Source: Desulfobacca sp.
Lineage (GTDB): Bacteria > Desulfobacterota > Desulfobaccia > Desulfobaccales > Desulfobaccaceae
Length of the DNA: 62,962 bases
NCBI GenBank assembly: GCA_028695935.1
Contig: JAQVHY010000001.1
Location: 1-62,962, forward strand
Reading direction: 5' to 3'
Translations under genes and position numbers: made by a program
Shown: piece by piece, positions 17,993 to 27,078 of the stretch
Position numbering within the stretch: the first letter of the stretch is position 1
Layout: each line of letters starts with the position of its first letter
Notes under the pieces: generated by a model
What the model saw: the letters and a program-made list of their open reading frames with translations, nothing else
The model's database searches: none
Told to the model about the DNA's origin: nothing

Positions 17993-20900
17993 TCAGAAAT
18001 AAAAGGCCAGCTTAAACAGTATGCGCCGGGCCGGGTACAAGGCATCAAAAGTGACGAACTCTTTCTGAAAATAGAAGTGGCGATCAAAAATGTTGGTAAT
18101 CTCCAGGGAAGCCAGCCCCCGCTTGCCGGGAAATTCATATCCCAGGGTGGCGTCCGCCAATCCATAAAAGCTATCCCCGCGGTCGGTCAGATCCTGCCGC
18201 ACCAGATAAGTGCGAAGCAGCCCCTGCCAGCCGGAGCGGTGCAGAAAGGAGAGTTGTACCAAGGCGCTTAATTCGGAGAAATCATAACTATTCTTGATAC
18301 TGGGGTCAAATTTTTTGCCTATGATTCCGGTGGTTAGACCCCAAGCGGGACTGAGGATGCGGTTAATGGTCAGGCTGGCCGTATAGCGCTTCCAGCCCCA
18401 CCACACCCGGTGCTCTTGTAGTTGATCATCCACCTCATATTGCGGTGTAAAAATGCGATTAGCATTAAGGCGCAGCACCGAGTAAGTCAAGGGGTTCCAT
18501 TGGGCCTCCCAAGCCACCCCGACCTCTCGCACCTCTGAGCCGTCATCGACGTTGATTTGCCACGGGAAGCTGGCAATTTCGGCAGGTACCAAAAGCGGGG
18601 CCAACAGATTGTGCGTGGCCAGAGAACGCTGGAGGACCAAACGCAAGGTATGGTCAGCGTTGACCTGGTAGTTGAGGCCGACGCGGGGATTCCAACTCCA
18701 GAGGGATACTGACTCTGCAAAGCCGGCCCGGGAGCTTTTGGTATTATCGTAAAAAATTCCCAGTTCCGCCAACAAGCTCGGAGTTAACCGCCAGTAATCC
18801 TGGAGATAAAAGCTGTAGGAGCGGTCCGGCGGCCTAAAATTGTAATACAGTGGAATAGAGAAAAGCGGAATGCCAAAGATTGAGTACTCCAGCAGCTCAT
18901 CATATTTATACTTCAAGTGCCCAGAAAAATAATCAAATCCTGCCATCAAGGTATGATTTCCCAGAACCAACTGCTGCTGGAGCTGAATATCATAAAATTC
19001 TCGGTCATAGCGGCGGTTAAGAGTGCTGCTAATGTCCAGAGGGAGGCCGAAAAACGACTCGGTGTCAAGGGTCTTATCCCTGAGATGCCAATCACTGTTA
19101 GCATAGGCTAAATAACTAAGGAGGGTGGCGCGGGGCGTAAAGCGGTGCACGTAGCCTAATTCGTAGAAGCGGGTGCGGAAAAATTGCCTGAGATTAGTAG
19201 AGTTGGCAAAGCCAAAGTCGTTAAGATTGCTGAGATCACCGGCTTCAGAATCGGAATACGAAAATCCCGCCATCACTGAGTTTTTGACCGTCGGCTCCCA
19301 TTTAACCAGGTTAAGAATATTATAAACCTGATCGTCACCGTTCCGGGCCCGGAAACCATCATCCTCCTGATAGCCGCCGAAGACATCGAAGGCCAGCCCT
19401 GGTACCCCGCCGTAAACCTCCAGGCTATGATCCTGGATGGCCCGGGAATGGCCCCAGGTGCCGATTCCACCCTGGGCCTGCACCCGCAGATAGGGCATTT
19501 CAAACATTGGGGTATAATCATTGTAGAGCGTAAAGGTATTTTGGTTGGCCGGGGACAACAGGCGATAGAGTAATAATTCGGAACCAGCCGACCCCAGCCG
19601 CTGGCGGGTCGCCAGGTAGGCACCGGCCAGGAACAGACGGGCTGAACTGTTCAAAGGATCCTTTTTTACCGCGGTGACGGCTTTGCTATACGCCCATTCT
19701 CCTAAACCTAACTGATTATACGCCCGGGCCAAATCGTAGTTGCGCACCGCCAGGTCACGGTCGAGCATCAGGCGGGAGCGGAAAATGGCGTTGTTGTCAT
19801 TCAAGGCTATGGAGCGATTGATCTCCTGGACGGCTTCTCCGGGCCGGTTAAGGTCGGTCAGGGCAATACCTTTATACAAATGCGGGGTAGGGTCGTTCTG
19901 GTCCAGGTTTTGGGCATAGTCATAGACTTCCAGAGCTTTGTCAAAGGCCCGCACCTGATAGAGCGCCTTGCCCAGGGTGGATTGATAGAGGGACACCCTA
20001 GGCTCCAACAGGGTGGCGGTTAACATTTCCGCCAGGGCCTGGCGCGGTTCCCGGTAGCGGAAATAATAGATTCCCAGCCCCAGGTGCGGTTCGCCCAGGC
20101 CGGGATTGGCCCTGATGGCCTGCTCGAAAAATTTCCGGGCCGCCTGATAATCCCGGAAGCCTAGCTTGATAAAGCCGGCCAGGGAGAGAACCTCCCCCTC
20201 CTCGGGGGCCAGCCGACGGGCGGCTTCAATGGTTTTCCAGGCTCGCTCCAGATAATCTCCCCCCAACCAGAGCTTGGCCAGATATACATAAGCCGGGACA
20301 AAGCTGGGATCGGCCTTAATGGCCTTCTCCAGATGGGCTTGGGCCGCCGTATGATTGAAGTGCGCAATCTCTACCAGGGCCATAGTAAGTTGGGCCGCGG
20401 GAGAATCCGGGGCCGGGGCCAAGGTCCGGGAGGCCTCTGCACGCGCCGCGGCTTTGCGGTTTTGCACCAATAACATTTGGGCCAACAAGGCGCGGGCCAG
20501 GGTATAATTTGGCTCTAGGGTCAGGGCACGCTCCAGGCAAGCCTGAGATTCCGCGATGCGCGCGGCCAGCAGGGCAAAATAGCCCTCCATGGTCCATAGC
20601 AAGGGCGAAGGCGGCAGTTGCTGACGCGCGGTTCTTACCAGCTCATAGGCGGGGACGAGTTCGCCCAGGCGGTAGCGGGCCAGGGCCAGGCCCACCAGGG
20701 CCAGGGCCTGCGGCCGCGCTACTTGCTGAAAGGCGCGTCGCGCCTCCAGGGGAGCCTGCTGTTGTAAGTTGATCCAACCCAAGACGGTCAGCGCCTGATC
20801 GTCTCCCGGAGCTTGCTGCAGGATGGCCTGGGTCGCGGCCCGAGCCTCGAAAAGACGCCCCTGGTCATAAAGCATTGCCGCTTCCGCCGCCGAGCCGGAC

Positions 20901-21619
20901 GGCACCCCGGTTTCCATCCCCGGGGGCGCCAAGGGCAGATCCCGATAACTAAAAATCCCGGGATAATAAAGGGACCACTGCACCGCATCCTCGGGTTGCA
21001 GCACCAGCCGCTTGGTCGGCGCCTGGCCGGGACGGGTAAGGCCTTCTTCGCCGGAATTGAGAATCAACTCGCCCTGGGGATTAGCCAGCCGCAGCTTGCC
21101 CTGGAGCAGGATTATTTGGGTGGTGCCGTCCGCCCCAACCCGCAGATTGAACTCGGTACCGCGAATTCCGGCGGTAACCGCCGGCGTTTCCAGCTCGAAA
21201 CGGAAGGTCTCTTTAGTATTCCGCAGCCAGACTTCTCCTTGCGGGACGCGATAGAGGCTGAGGGCCGGTTTTTCCCCTGCCGCGGGGACGATTTCCGCCA
21301 GCCCCAGGCGAGGTGAGGTCATTACACTCTTGAGCTCCAGGACCGTATTTTCGTGAACTTTAAGCTGGCTTTCATCTACACAAAGGATGGCCGCCACCGA
21401 AGCCGGGCCAGTTTTAACCACATCACCGCCAAAAAGGGAGTCGCCGATCTGCGCGGTTTGCCAGCCCCCAGTTGCAGCCCGGCAAAGATTAACCTCGCCC
21501 TGGAGATAAACCAACTTGCCCGCTAAGGCTGAAGCACCAGGAGCAGAATTAACCCTACCGACCAGACCGAAAATTACCATGATCGCCAAAAGCAGCAATC
21601 GCCAGATCTTAAGCCGCAT
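17993..21619 (-). CDS. Giant outer-membrane protein: signal peptide + FecR domain + TPR repeats + C-terminal beta-barrel
   Basis: The ORF is 1208 aa. Signal peptide MRLKIWRLLLLAIMVIFGLVGRVNSA is followed by a FecR-like region (GEVNL.R..GGWQ.A..GD.L..GDVVKTG..S.A.I). About 450 aa of TPR-like helices come next. The C-terminal ~500 aa have alternating beta-strand character and end ...FKLAFYF (terminal Phe OMP signature). Confidence 0.8.
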   Translation of the reverse strand: MRLKIWRLLLLAIMVIFGLVGRVNSAPGASALAGKLVYLQGEVNLCRAATGGWQTAQIGDSLFGGDVVKTGPASVAAILCVDESQLKVHENTVLELKSVMTSPRLGLAEIVPAAGEKPALSLYRVPQGEVWLRNTKETFRFELETPAVTAGIRGTEFNLRVGADGTTQIILLQGKLRLANPQGELILNSGEEGLTRPGQAPTKRLVLQPEDAVQWSLYYPGIFSYRDLPLAPPGMETGVPSGSAAEAAMLYDQGRLFEARAATQAILQQAPGDDQALTVLGWINLQQQAPLEARRAFQQVARPQALALVGLALARYRLGELVPAYELVRTARQQLPPSPLLWTMEGYFALLAARIAESQACLERALTLEPNYTLARALLAQMLLVQNRKAAARAEASRTLAPAPDSPAAQLTMALVEIAHFNHTAAQAHLEKAIKADPSFVPAYVYLAKLWLGGDYLERAWKTIEAARRLAPEEGEVLSLAGFIKLGFRDYQAARKFFEQAIRANPGLGEPHLGLGIYYFRYREPRQALAEMLTATLLEPRVSLYQSTLGKALYQVRAFDKALEVYDYAQNLDQNDPTPHLYKGIALTDLNRPGEAVQEINRSIALNDNNAIFRSRLMLDRDLAVRNYDLARAYNQLGLGEWAYSKAVTAVKKDPLNSSARLFLAGAYLATRQRLGSAGSELLLYRLLSPANQNTFTLYNDYTPMFEMPYLRVQAQGGIGTWGHSRAIQDHSLEVYGGVPGLAFDVFGGYQEDDGFRARNGDDQVYNILNLVKWEPTVKNSVMAGFSYSDSEAGDLSNLNDFGFANSTNLRQFFRTRFYELGYVHRFTPRATLLSYLAYANSDWHLRDKTLDTESFFGLPLDISSTLNRRYDREFYDIQLQQQLVLGNHTLMAGFDYFSGHLKYKYDELLEYSIFGIPLFSIPLYYNFRPPDRSYSFYLQDYWRLTPSLLAELGIFYDNTKSSRAGFAESVSLWSWNPRVGLNYQVNADHTLRLVLQRSLATHNLLAPLLVPAEIASFPWQINVDDGSEVREVGVAWEAQWNPLTYSVLRLNANRIFTPQYEVDDQLQEHRVWWGWKRYTASLTINRILSPAWGLTTGIIGKKFDPSIKNSYDFSELSALVQLSFLHRSGWQGLLRTYLVRQDLTDRGDSFYGLADATLGYEFPGKRGLASLEITNIFDRHFYFQKEFVTFDALYPARRILFKLAFYF

Positions 21620-22047
21620 TATTCACCTCGAGATTTTGCCGGGTTGGGGATTGAGAAATTATTTTCAAGTCTATATAGCTATCATCTGCGAAGGTCATCT
21701 TAACCTTCCCGGTTGGGCCACCCCAAACCATTCTTAAAATTAACCCTCCTTTACCATAGAAATTATTGAGAGTTCCACCAAAAAGTCAAATTTAGAATAA
21801 ATTTAATGTGCTATCGAGGAAATTTAGAACTCCGATTAAGGCCGACCCATGGCTGGGGAAGCACAAGGGGTATCAACCTAGACCTGGAGTTAATCTAGGG
21901 GAAAAACACCCCACGTTGTTGGGAGAAAATACCCGTTCAGTCTTTTTGGGTTAAGCAAAAGGCGGGCGAACTTAGCGCCGAATTACACAAGCTATCGTTT
22001 TAATGAAAAGTTTTAAATTCAAAGTACTTAATCACAAGGTAAGCAAG

Positions 22048-22063
22048 TGGCAACAGATTTGCA
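22048..22063 (+). promoter_or_regulatory. Sigma-54 (-24/-12) promoter TGGCAA-CAGAT-TTGCA
   Basis: GG and GC have the canonical spacing and flanks (consensus TGGCAC-N5-TTGCW). It lies ~175 nt upstream of the ATG at 22239. Confidence 0.75.
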
Positions 22064-22238
22064 CAACAATAAATTAATGAATTTCGGGATCGGTATGAAA
22101 GGAGGTGAGAGGTTAGAGACCAACAGCACTCCCGCGTTTAAATTAAGCGGGGGTGTTCTGTGTGTAAGGTATTGCCAATAATTGGGTTGGAGTATCCTAA
22201 AGGATTAAGGGCAATAACGCTTAATTGGAGGTCAAAAC

Positions 22239-23726
22239 ATGGCGGAAAGAAAAGAAATTGAGATAACTTGCCGGGCTGACACCCTTGATCTGATGCATCC
22301 TGACATCAGGCCCTGGCCAGTCACCCCGCCGCCGCCGCGCGAAGAGGTAGATAAAGTCTATGCCCGGCGGAAAGCGACGGATTTCGGCAACTGGTGTGAG
22401 GATAACCTCAGATATGAACTGGCCTTTGGCAAACCCGAGGCCCTACAAGGCATGAAGTTCCTGTGCGTCGGTATGTGGCGCATGGGCAACATGTTCTGTG
22501 CTGGCCTGCTGTGTGAGGCCGGGGCCGAGGTGATTAAGATCGAGCCGCCCGGGGGCGACCCGCTGCGCCAATTAACCCCGTTTGGTCGGGAAGAGTACAT
22601 GCTCGAATCCAAGATCACCGGGGAAAAATGCGGCCTCGACTTCCTGCATGAAATGCGCGGCCAGAAATCGGTTACCCTGAATCTGGAGACCGAGGAAGGC
22701 CGGGATATCTTCCGGGCCATGTGCAGCCAAGTGGACGGGGTCATCGATGAAATGCCGGCGGGCTATATGGACGGCCTGGGCATCGGCTATCGGCACATCT
22801 CCAAGCTGTATCCTGGATTGGTGTGGTGCAATATTGCGGTTCGGGGCACCTGGGGACCCTACAAAGACAAGGTGTCTAAGTTCGGGCAATGGACCCTGGA
22901 ACCCTTCGGGGGCTGCGCCAATGCCTTTATCCACAACACCGGCTTCCCGCAGGATCAATTGCCTCGAGGCCGGGGTGGTGACCCCACCCGTTCCGGCGTC
23001 TGGTTTGCCGACTATGTCGCCGGCGAGCAGGCTGCTAATACTCTGCTGGCCGCCTTATATTGGAGAAATGAATTAGGCGGCACCGGTCAGTTCTGCGAGG
23101 TCACCGGGGCTGAGTCCCAGATGGACATCCTGGACTTTGATATTAGCTGGTACGGCTTCAATGCCAGCATCAAGGCCCGTACCGGCGCTTGGGACCCCAA
23201 CCTCAACCAATATGAGTGGAACCCCTGCCGGGACGGCTACATGATGATCGGCGGGCAGACCGACCGGCTGTGGTATCGCATCGGTATGTGTATTGAGCGC
23301 GACTTCCCGCAGTTCGGGCGGCTGATCCACGAAGACCCCATCCTCAAAGAGATGGGAGCCCGGAATGCCCTGGAAATGCTGACCAAAACCTATACCCTGA
23401 CCACCCGCTGGCTCAGAGACATCAACCGGATTGAAGCGGAACAGAAACTGTTGGAGTACGAAATCGCTGCCGGTCCGGTGCTGTTCATCGACGAAGTCTC
23501 CGAGTTCCCCCACTTCAAGTATCGTCCCTGGGTGTGCACCATTGATACCGATCATTACGGCACGCTGTTGTTCTCGGTGCCCCCGAACAACTATCAGATG
23601 CGGACCCCGCACCGGGTCAAAGTATTAGGCCGGCCGTTGGGCTATGATACTTATGAAGTCATGATGAAGTACGCCGGGATCGGTCAGACCAGAGTAAACG
23701 AACTCAAGGAAAAGGGGGTTATCTAA
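22239..23726 (+). CDS. Family III (CaiB/BaiF) CoA-transferase-like protein, long divergent paralog 1 (putative non-canonical subunit)
   Basis: [42 protein letters not shown] matches the family III N-terminal signature (LxxLGAEVIKxE.P..GD..R). The ORF is 495 aa. The usual YD..aqA.sG...tG Asp context is replaced by [17 protein letters not shown]. Confidence 0.75.
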   Translation: MAERKEIEITCRADTLDLMHPDIRPWPVTPPPPREEVDKVYARRKATDFGNWCEDNLRYELAFGKPEALQGMKFLCVGMWRMGNMFCAGLLCEAGAEVIKIEPPGGDPLRQLTPFGREEYMLESKITGEKCGLDFLHEMRGQKSVTLNLETEEGRDIFRAMCSQVDGVIDEMPAGYMDGLGIGYRHISKLYPGLVWCNIAVRGTWGPYKDKVSKFGQWTLEPFGGCANAFIHNTGFPQDQLPRGRGGDPTRSGVWFADYVAGEQAANTLLAALYWRNELGGTGQFCEVTGAESQMDILDFDISWYGFNASIKARTGAWDPNLNQYEWNPCRDGYMMIGGQTDRLWYRIGMCIERDFPQFGRLIHEDPILKEMGARNALEMLTKTYTLTTRWLRDINRIEAEQKLLEYEIAAGPVLFIDEVSEFPHFKYRPWVCTIDTDHYGTLLFSVPPNNYQMRTPHRVKVLGRPLGYDTYEVMMKYAGIGQTRVNELKEKGVI

Positions 23727-25141
23727 TGGCGAAGGACCCAAGAGTATGTCGGCTGGAGGAGCTGGACGGCCCCAAAAGCAAACAAGAACTCGACGAAATG
23801 AAGATGCCCTATGAGGATTACTGCCGGGCCGCCTTCGCGCCGGGCGGGGAGTTCTCCAAGCCCATGTCGCTTAAAGGCATCCGCTGGATGAGCACCACCA
23901 TGTATATCTTCACGCCCCATTCGGTTTCTAACCTGGCCGAACTGGGGGCCGAGGTCATCAAAGTCGAGATGCCCCGCATGGGTGACCCCATGCGGCACTG
24001 TGCGCCGTTCAATGAGACCTACCTCTATCCCTTGCATGACACCCGGCCGATGACCGGGACCGGCATGGGTTATTTGAACGCTAATCCCAATGAATATCAC
24101 ATCTCCATGGACTATCACCTGGACGAAATGAAGGAAGCCTTCTATCGTCTGGTAAAGATGTCCGATGGGCTGACTGAGTGCTATCGGCCAGGGACCTTTG
24201 ACCGCTGGAAACAGAGCTACCGCTACCTGATTGAGATGAACCCCCGGTTTATCTATGTTTGGGGCGGCGGCTTCGGTTACGGGCCCAAGGTCTTCGGCGG
24301 CTCCTATGATATCCTAGGTCAGGCCCACGCCGGGCTGGCTTCGGTGACTGGAATGCATCCCTTTATGGGCGGCCACTGCACCAAGCACTCCAACTGGTGT
24401 ATTGACTGGTACTCCGGCACCCAGATCACCTTCGGCATCCTGGCCGCGATCCACTGGCGGCGGAAAACCGGCCTGGGCACTATGATCGAATTCTCCCAGG
24501 TGCAGGCCGCTACCCGTTGTCTGGGTTATGCCGCGCCGCTCTATGGCCGCTTTGGCATCGTCCGCCAGCGCTGGGGCAACTGGGATACCCAGCTCTGCGT
24601 CCATGGCATCATCCTGGCCGGCAAGTCCGCCTACCCGGATGCCATCAACCCGCAGGACCGGCTGGATGCCCGCTACGTCATGGTCTCGGCCTTCAACGAC
24701 CCGGACTTCAAAGAGCTGTGCGAGGTCATCAAGAAGCCCGACCTCTACAGCCGTTATCAGCAGCATAAGGATCGGGTTGAGGGCGAGGCGCAGGTGGAAA
24801 TCTACGCCGCCCTGGAGGAATGGGCTAAAGATAAGTCCAGGACCGACGTCGTCCGGATTCTGCAAGGCGCGGGTCTCTTGGCCGAGCCGGTGTTGAATGA
24901 CCGGGAGGTCTATGAACTAGAACACTGGCGCCGGCGCGGCACTATCCGGTGGCAGGATGATCCCATTTTCGGCGATGTCATGGTAATGGGGTCTTACGGC
25001 GCCGGCTTGATGTCCAAGACTCCCCGCCGCCTCTACTGGATCTGGCGGCCGGTGGGCGCTGACAACGTCAAGATTTACCACGAGCTGCTCGGGTATCCAA
25101 CAGCCAAGATCGAAGAGTGGTACTCCAAGGCCATGATCTAA
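23726..25141 (+). CDS. Family III (CaiB/BaiF) CoA-transferase-like protein, paralog 2 (retains catalytic-Asp context)
   Basis: [41 protein letters not shown] and [17 protein letters not shown] are present. The ORF is 471 aa. Its start overlaps the upstream stop (TAATG). Confidence 0.78.
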   Translation: MAKDPRVCRLEELDGPKSKQELDEMKMPYEDYCRAAFAPGGEFSKPMSLKGIRWMSTTMYIFTPHSVSNLAELGAEVIKVEMPRMGDPMRHCAPFNETYLYPLHDTRPMTGTGMGYLNANPNEYHISMDYHLDEMKEAFYRLVKMSDGLTECYRPGTFDRWKQSYRYLIEMNPRFIYVWGGGFGYGPKVFGGSYDILGQAHAGLASVTGMHPFMGGHCTKHSNWCIDWYSGTQITFGILAAIHWRRKTGLGTMIEFSQVQAATRCLGYAAPLYGRFGIVRQRWGNWDTQLCVHGIILAGKSAYPDAINPQDRLDARYVMVSAFNDPDFKELCEVIKKPDLYSRYQQHKDRVEGEAQVEIYAALEEWAKDKSRTDVVRILQGAGLLAEPVLNDREVYELEHWRRRGTIRWQDDPIFGDVMVMGSYGAGLMSKTPRRLYWIWRPVGADNVKIYHELLGYPTAKIEEWYSKAMI

Positions 25142-25155
25142 AAGGAGGGAGCGCT

Positions 25156-25641
25156 GTGTGTGATATTATTTGGTGTAAAAAAATGGTGGACGGGAAACCG
25201 TGCAACACCGTGAATTACCTGGATCCGTATTGCTTCTGGAACTGGAAGGGCAAGGTCAACTGCGCCGAATGTGGCACGGTTTACTTCATCCACATGATCC
25301 AGGGCCATATGTATATCGGTCCGGAAGAGAGACCTGGTGAGAAGCCCGATACCAGCCCCCTCTACGCGGATAAGCCCCTGGATGGCTACTCCAACTATTC
25401 CCCGGGGGTCGAAGGCCGGACTCGGCCCTTCGAGTGCCTGCCGCGGCATATCTACTTGGGAGTGCCGGATATGGTGAAGTTCAGCATCCGCGGCCGCCCG
25501 GTCCGGGGATGGCGTCCGCAGCCGCCGGACGGGGGCATCGCCGGTAGCTATCTGTTCAATTGGGATCTGAAGCGGCTCTCTCCCGATGTCTATGAGGAGT
25601 ATCTTCGGAAACTCAGGGACGGGGAAGTTTCGGACTGGTAA
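25156..25641 (+). CDS. Small Cys/Trp-rich protein (162 aa from GTG), unknown family
   Basis: GTG at 25156 lies 7 nt after AAGGAGGGA. The ORF track start at 25117 overlaps the upstream gene. Cys pattern: C-x4-C-x8-C-x9-C-x9-C-x2-C. Confidence 0.6.
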   Translation: MCDIIWCKKMVDGKPCNTVNYLDPYCFWNWKGKVNCAECGTVYFIHMIQGHMYIGPEERPGEKPDTSPLYADKPLDGYSNYSPGVEGRTRPFECLPRHIYLGVPDMVKFSIRGRPVRGWRPQPPDGGIAGSYLFNWDLKRLSPDVYEEYLRKLRDGEVSDW

Positions 25642-25672
25642 TATGGAGCGGTGATAAGGAAAGGAGTGTTAC

Positions 25673-25909
25673 ATGAGCGGGACTGAAGGATTAACCCCAC
25701 GCCAATTCTTAGATAAAGTCCTGGAGCCGGATAAAGAATCGGATCATATCTGCTGGCAGTGCGAGCATCTCAAACCGGTGATTAGAGGTTCCAGTTTTCC
25801 GCCCGCCGACATCATTGGTTGGTGTATGAAAATCCACTGGCCGCATTTTTGGTGTGTAGCGGACTTTAACGTGGTCAAAAAATGTTACGCCTTTGAGCAG
25901 AAGAAGTAG
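25673..25909 (+). CDS. Small Cys/Trp-rich protein (78 aa), unknown family
   Basis: ATG follows a GGAAAGGAG SD. Motifs are HICWQCEH ... WCMKIHWPHFWCVADFNVVKKCY. Confidence 0.55.
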   Translation: MSGTEGLTPRQFLDKVLEPDKESDHICWQCEHLKPVIRGSSFPPADIIGWCMKIHWPHFWCVADFNVVKKCYAFEQKK

Positions 25910-25910
25910 C

Positions 25911-26243
25911 ATGGAAGACAACGTCCGAAAAGAGCTGGATGTTCTGAAGACCATGGTCCTCAACTGGAAGCGGAGTTATCTCGGGTTTGCCACCCCTGAG
26001 GGCGGAGATGAATACCTGGCGGAGGAATTCGCCGCCGAGATTGCTGAGCACATCTCTCCCTTTGTGATGCGGTTGTATGCCTGTAAATATCTCACCCCGG
26101 ATGAGGTCAATGATTTCATGGACGTCTGCTACAATGAGGTGGAGGACCTGCGCCAAACTCTGGAAGCCGTGGCGGCCCCACCTCAGAAAAAAGGAATATG
26201 GATTAAGTTTGTCGAGCACACCAAGGAGGTTTTGCGGAAATAA
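25911..26243 (+). CDS. Small helical acidic protein (110 aa), unknown family
   Basis: ATG lies 2 nt after the upstream TAG. An alternative TTG at 25893 would overlap the upstream gene. It is packed tightly on the same strand. Confidence 0.5.
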   Translation: MEDNVRKELDVLKTMVLNWKRSYLGFATPEGGDEYLAEEFAAEIAEHISPFVMRLYACKYLTPDEVNDFMDVCYNEVEDLRQTLEAVAAPPQKKGIWIKFVEHTKEVLRK

Positions 26244-26342
26244 GATCAGCCTTGAAGACAGGCCTCGAGCTTATTTAGCCGCCAAACCTCTGATGGTAGT
26301 AGGACCGAATAACTTGGGATTTAAAATATAAGGAGGGTAAGC

Positions 26343-26768
26343 ATGCCAGCAAAATGTCGTGTTGGTGTATGCGGATTCGACCCCATGCTCGTCAAAGGAT
26401 ATGTCAAGACCGGGTTTAGAGCCTTGTGGTGGCATATACCTGATGAGCTCTATGAGGAATTTAAAGTTAAGCCCAATGATAATATTTCAGGCAAGATCCT
26501 GAAGGTTTACACCGGCAAGACCGGGCAGGCGACCCATGAGCCCAATGAGACCTTCCACTGGAAATTTTCTCGGGAGTCGGGCCTGGCGGTGTTGCTGCCC
26601 CCAGAAATCATCACCAAATATGAGCTCACCGAGTTCCATTTCCTAGAACTGGTGATTGAGACTATTAATGAGCAGCCGGTCTATGCTGGCGAAGAAAAGA
26701 TGAGCACCAAGTGGTGGCCGGAAGACAAGATGAAACTGGGGTTCACCCTGGATTATATCCCGGCCTAA
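26343..26768 (+). CDS. Small protein (141 aa), Trp-rich, unknown family
   Basis: ATG follows a TAAGGAGGG SD. It is the last gene before the terminator at 26791-26827. Confidence 0.6.
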   Translation: MPAKCRVGVCGFDPMLVKGYVKTGFRALWWHIPDELYEEFKVKPNDNISGKILKVYTGKTGQATHEPNETFHWKFSRESGLAVLLPPEIITKYELTEFHFLELVIETINEQPVYAGEEKMSTKWWPEDKMKLGFTLDYIPA

Positions 26769-26790
26769 CTCAACTAATAGTATAACCTAG

Positions 26791-26827
26791 TCCCCCTTCC
26801 CATATTATGGGGAGGGGGATTTTTTTA
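26791..26827 (+). terminator. Rho-independent terminator (TCCCCCTTCCC-ATATTAT-GGGGAGGGGGA + TTTTTTTAT)
   Basis: An 11-bp GC-rich stem (one G.T pair) and a T-run are read directly. It lies 23 nt after the stop at 26768. Confidence 0.85.
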
Positions 26828-26893
26828 TCGGTTCTCACAACCTTGCGGTCAATTAGATGATGATGGTCTTTTCGATGGTATTGAACAGTTTTT

Positions 26894-26975
26894 GGTAGGA
26901 GCGCAATTCATTGCGCCCTCTCGGGCGTGATAAATCAAGCCCCTACAATCAGAATATTACTTTTTTGATGACATC
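26894..26975 (+). repeat. Double-hairpin interspersed repeat, copy 2 of 3
   Basis: GGTAGGAGCGCAATTCATTGCGCCCTCTCGGGCGTGATAAATCAAGCCCCTACAATCAGAATATTACTTTTTTGATGAC. Hairpin 1 is GCGCAAT/ATTGCGC and hairpin 2 is GGGC.TGAT/ATCAAGCCC. Confidence 0.85.
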
Positions 26976-27078
26976 TTGGAATTAGTCCTGACGACGGCCC
27001 GTCCCAAATATTCTTGAGAATTCCCCTAGATTAGAATAATATATAAAATCAGTATAATTATTAAGTAAAGGAGCACCT

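Noticed and set aside
22358-25449. Multiple antisense and alternate-frame ORFs (64-183 aa) within the CoA-transferase-like genes and the first small ORF
   Set aside because: All are nested in longer ORFs that carry recognisable family III motifs. Their composition is that of shadow frames.
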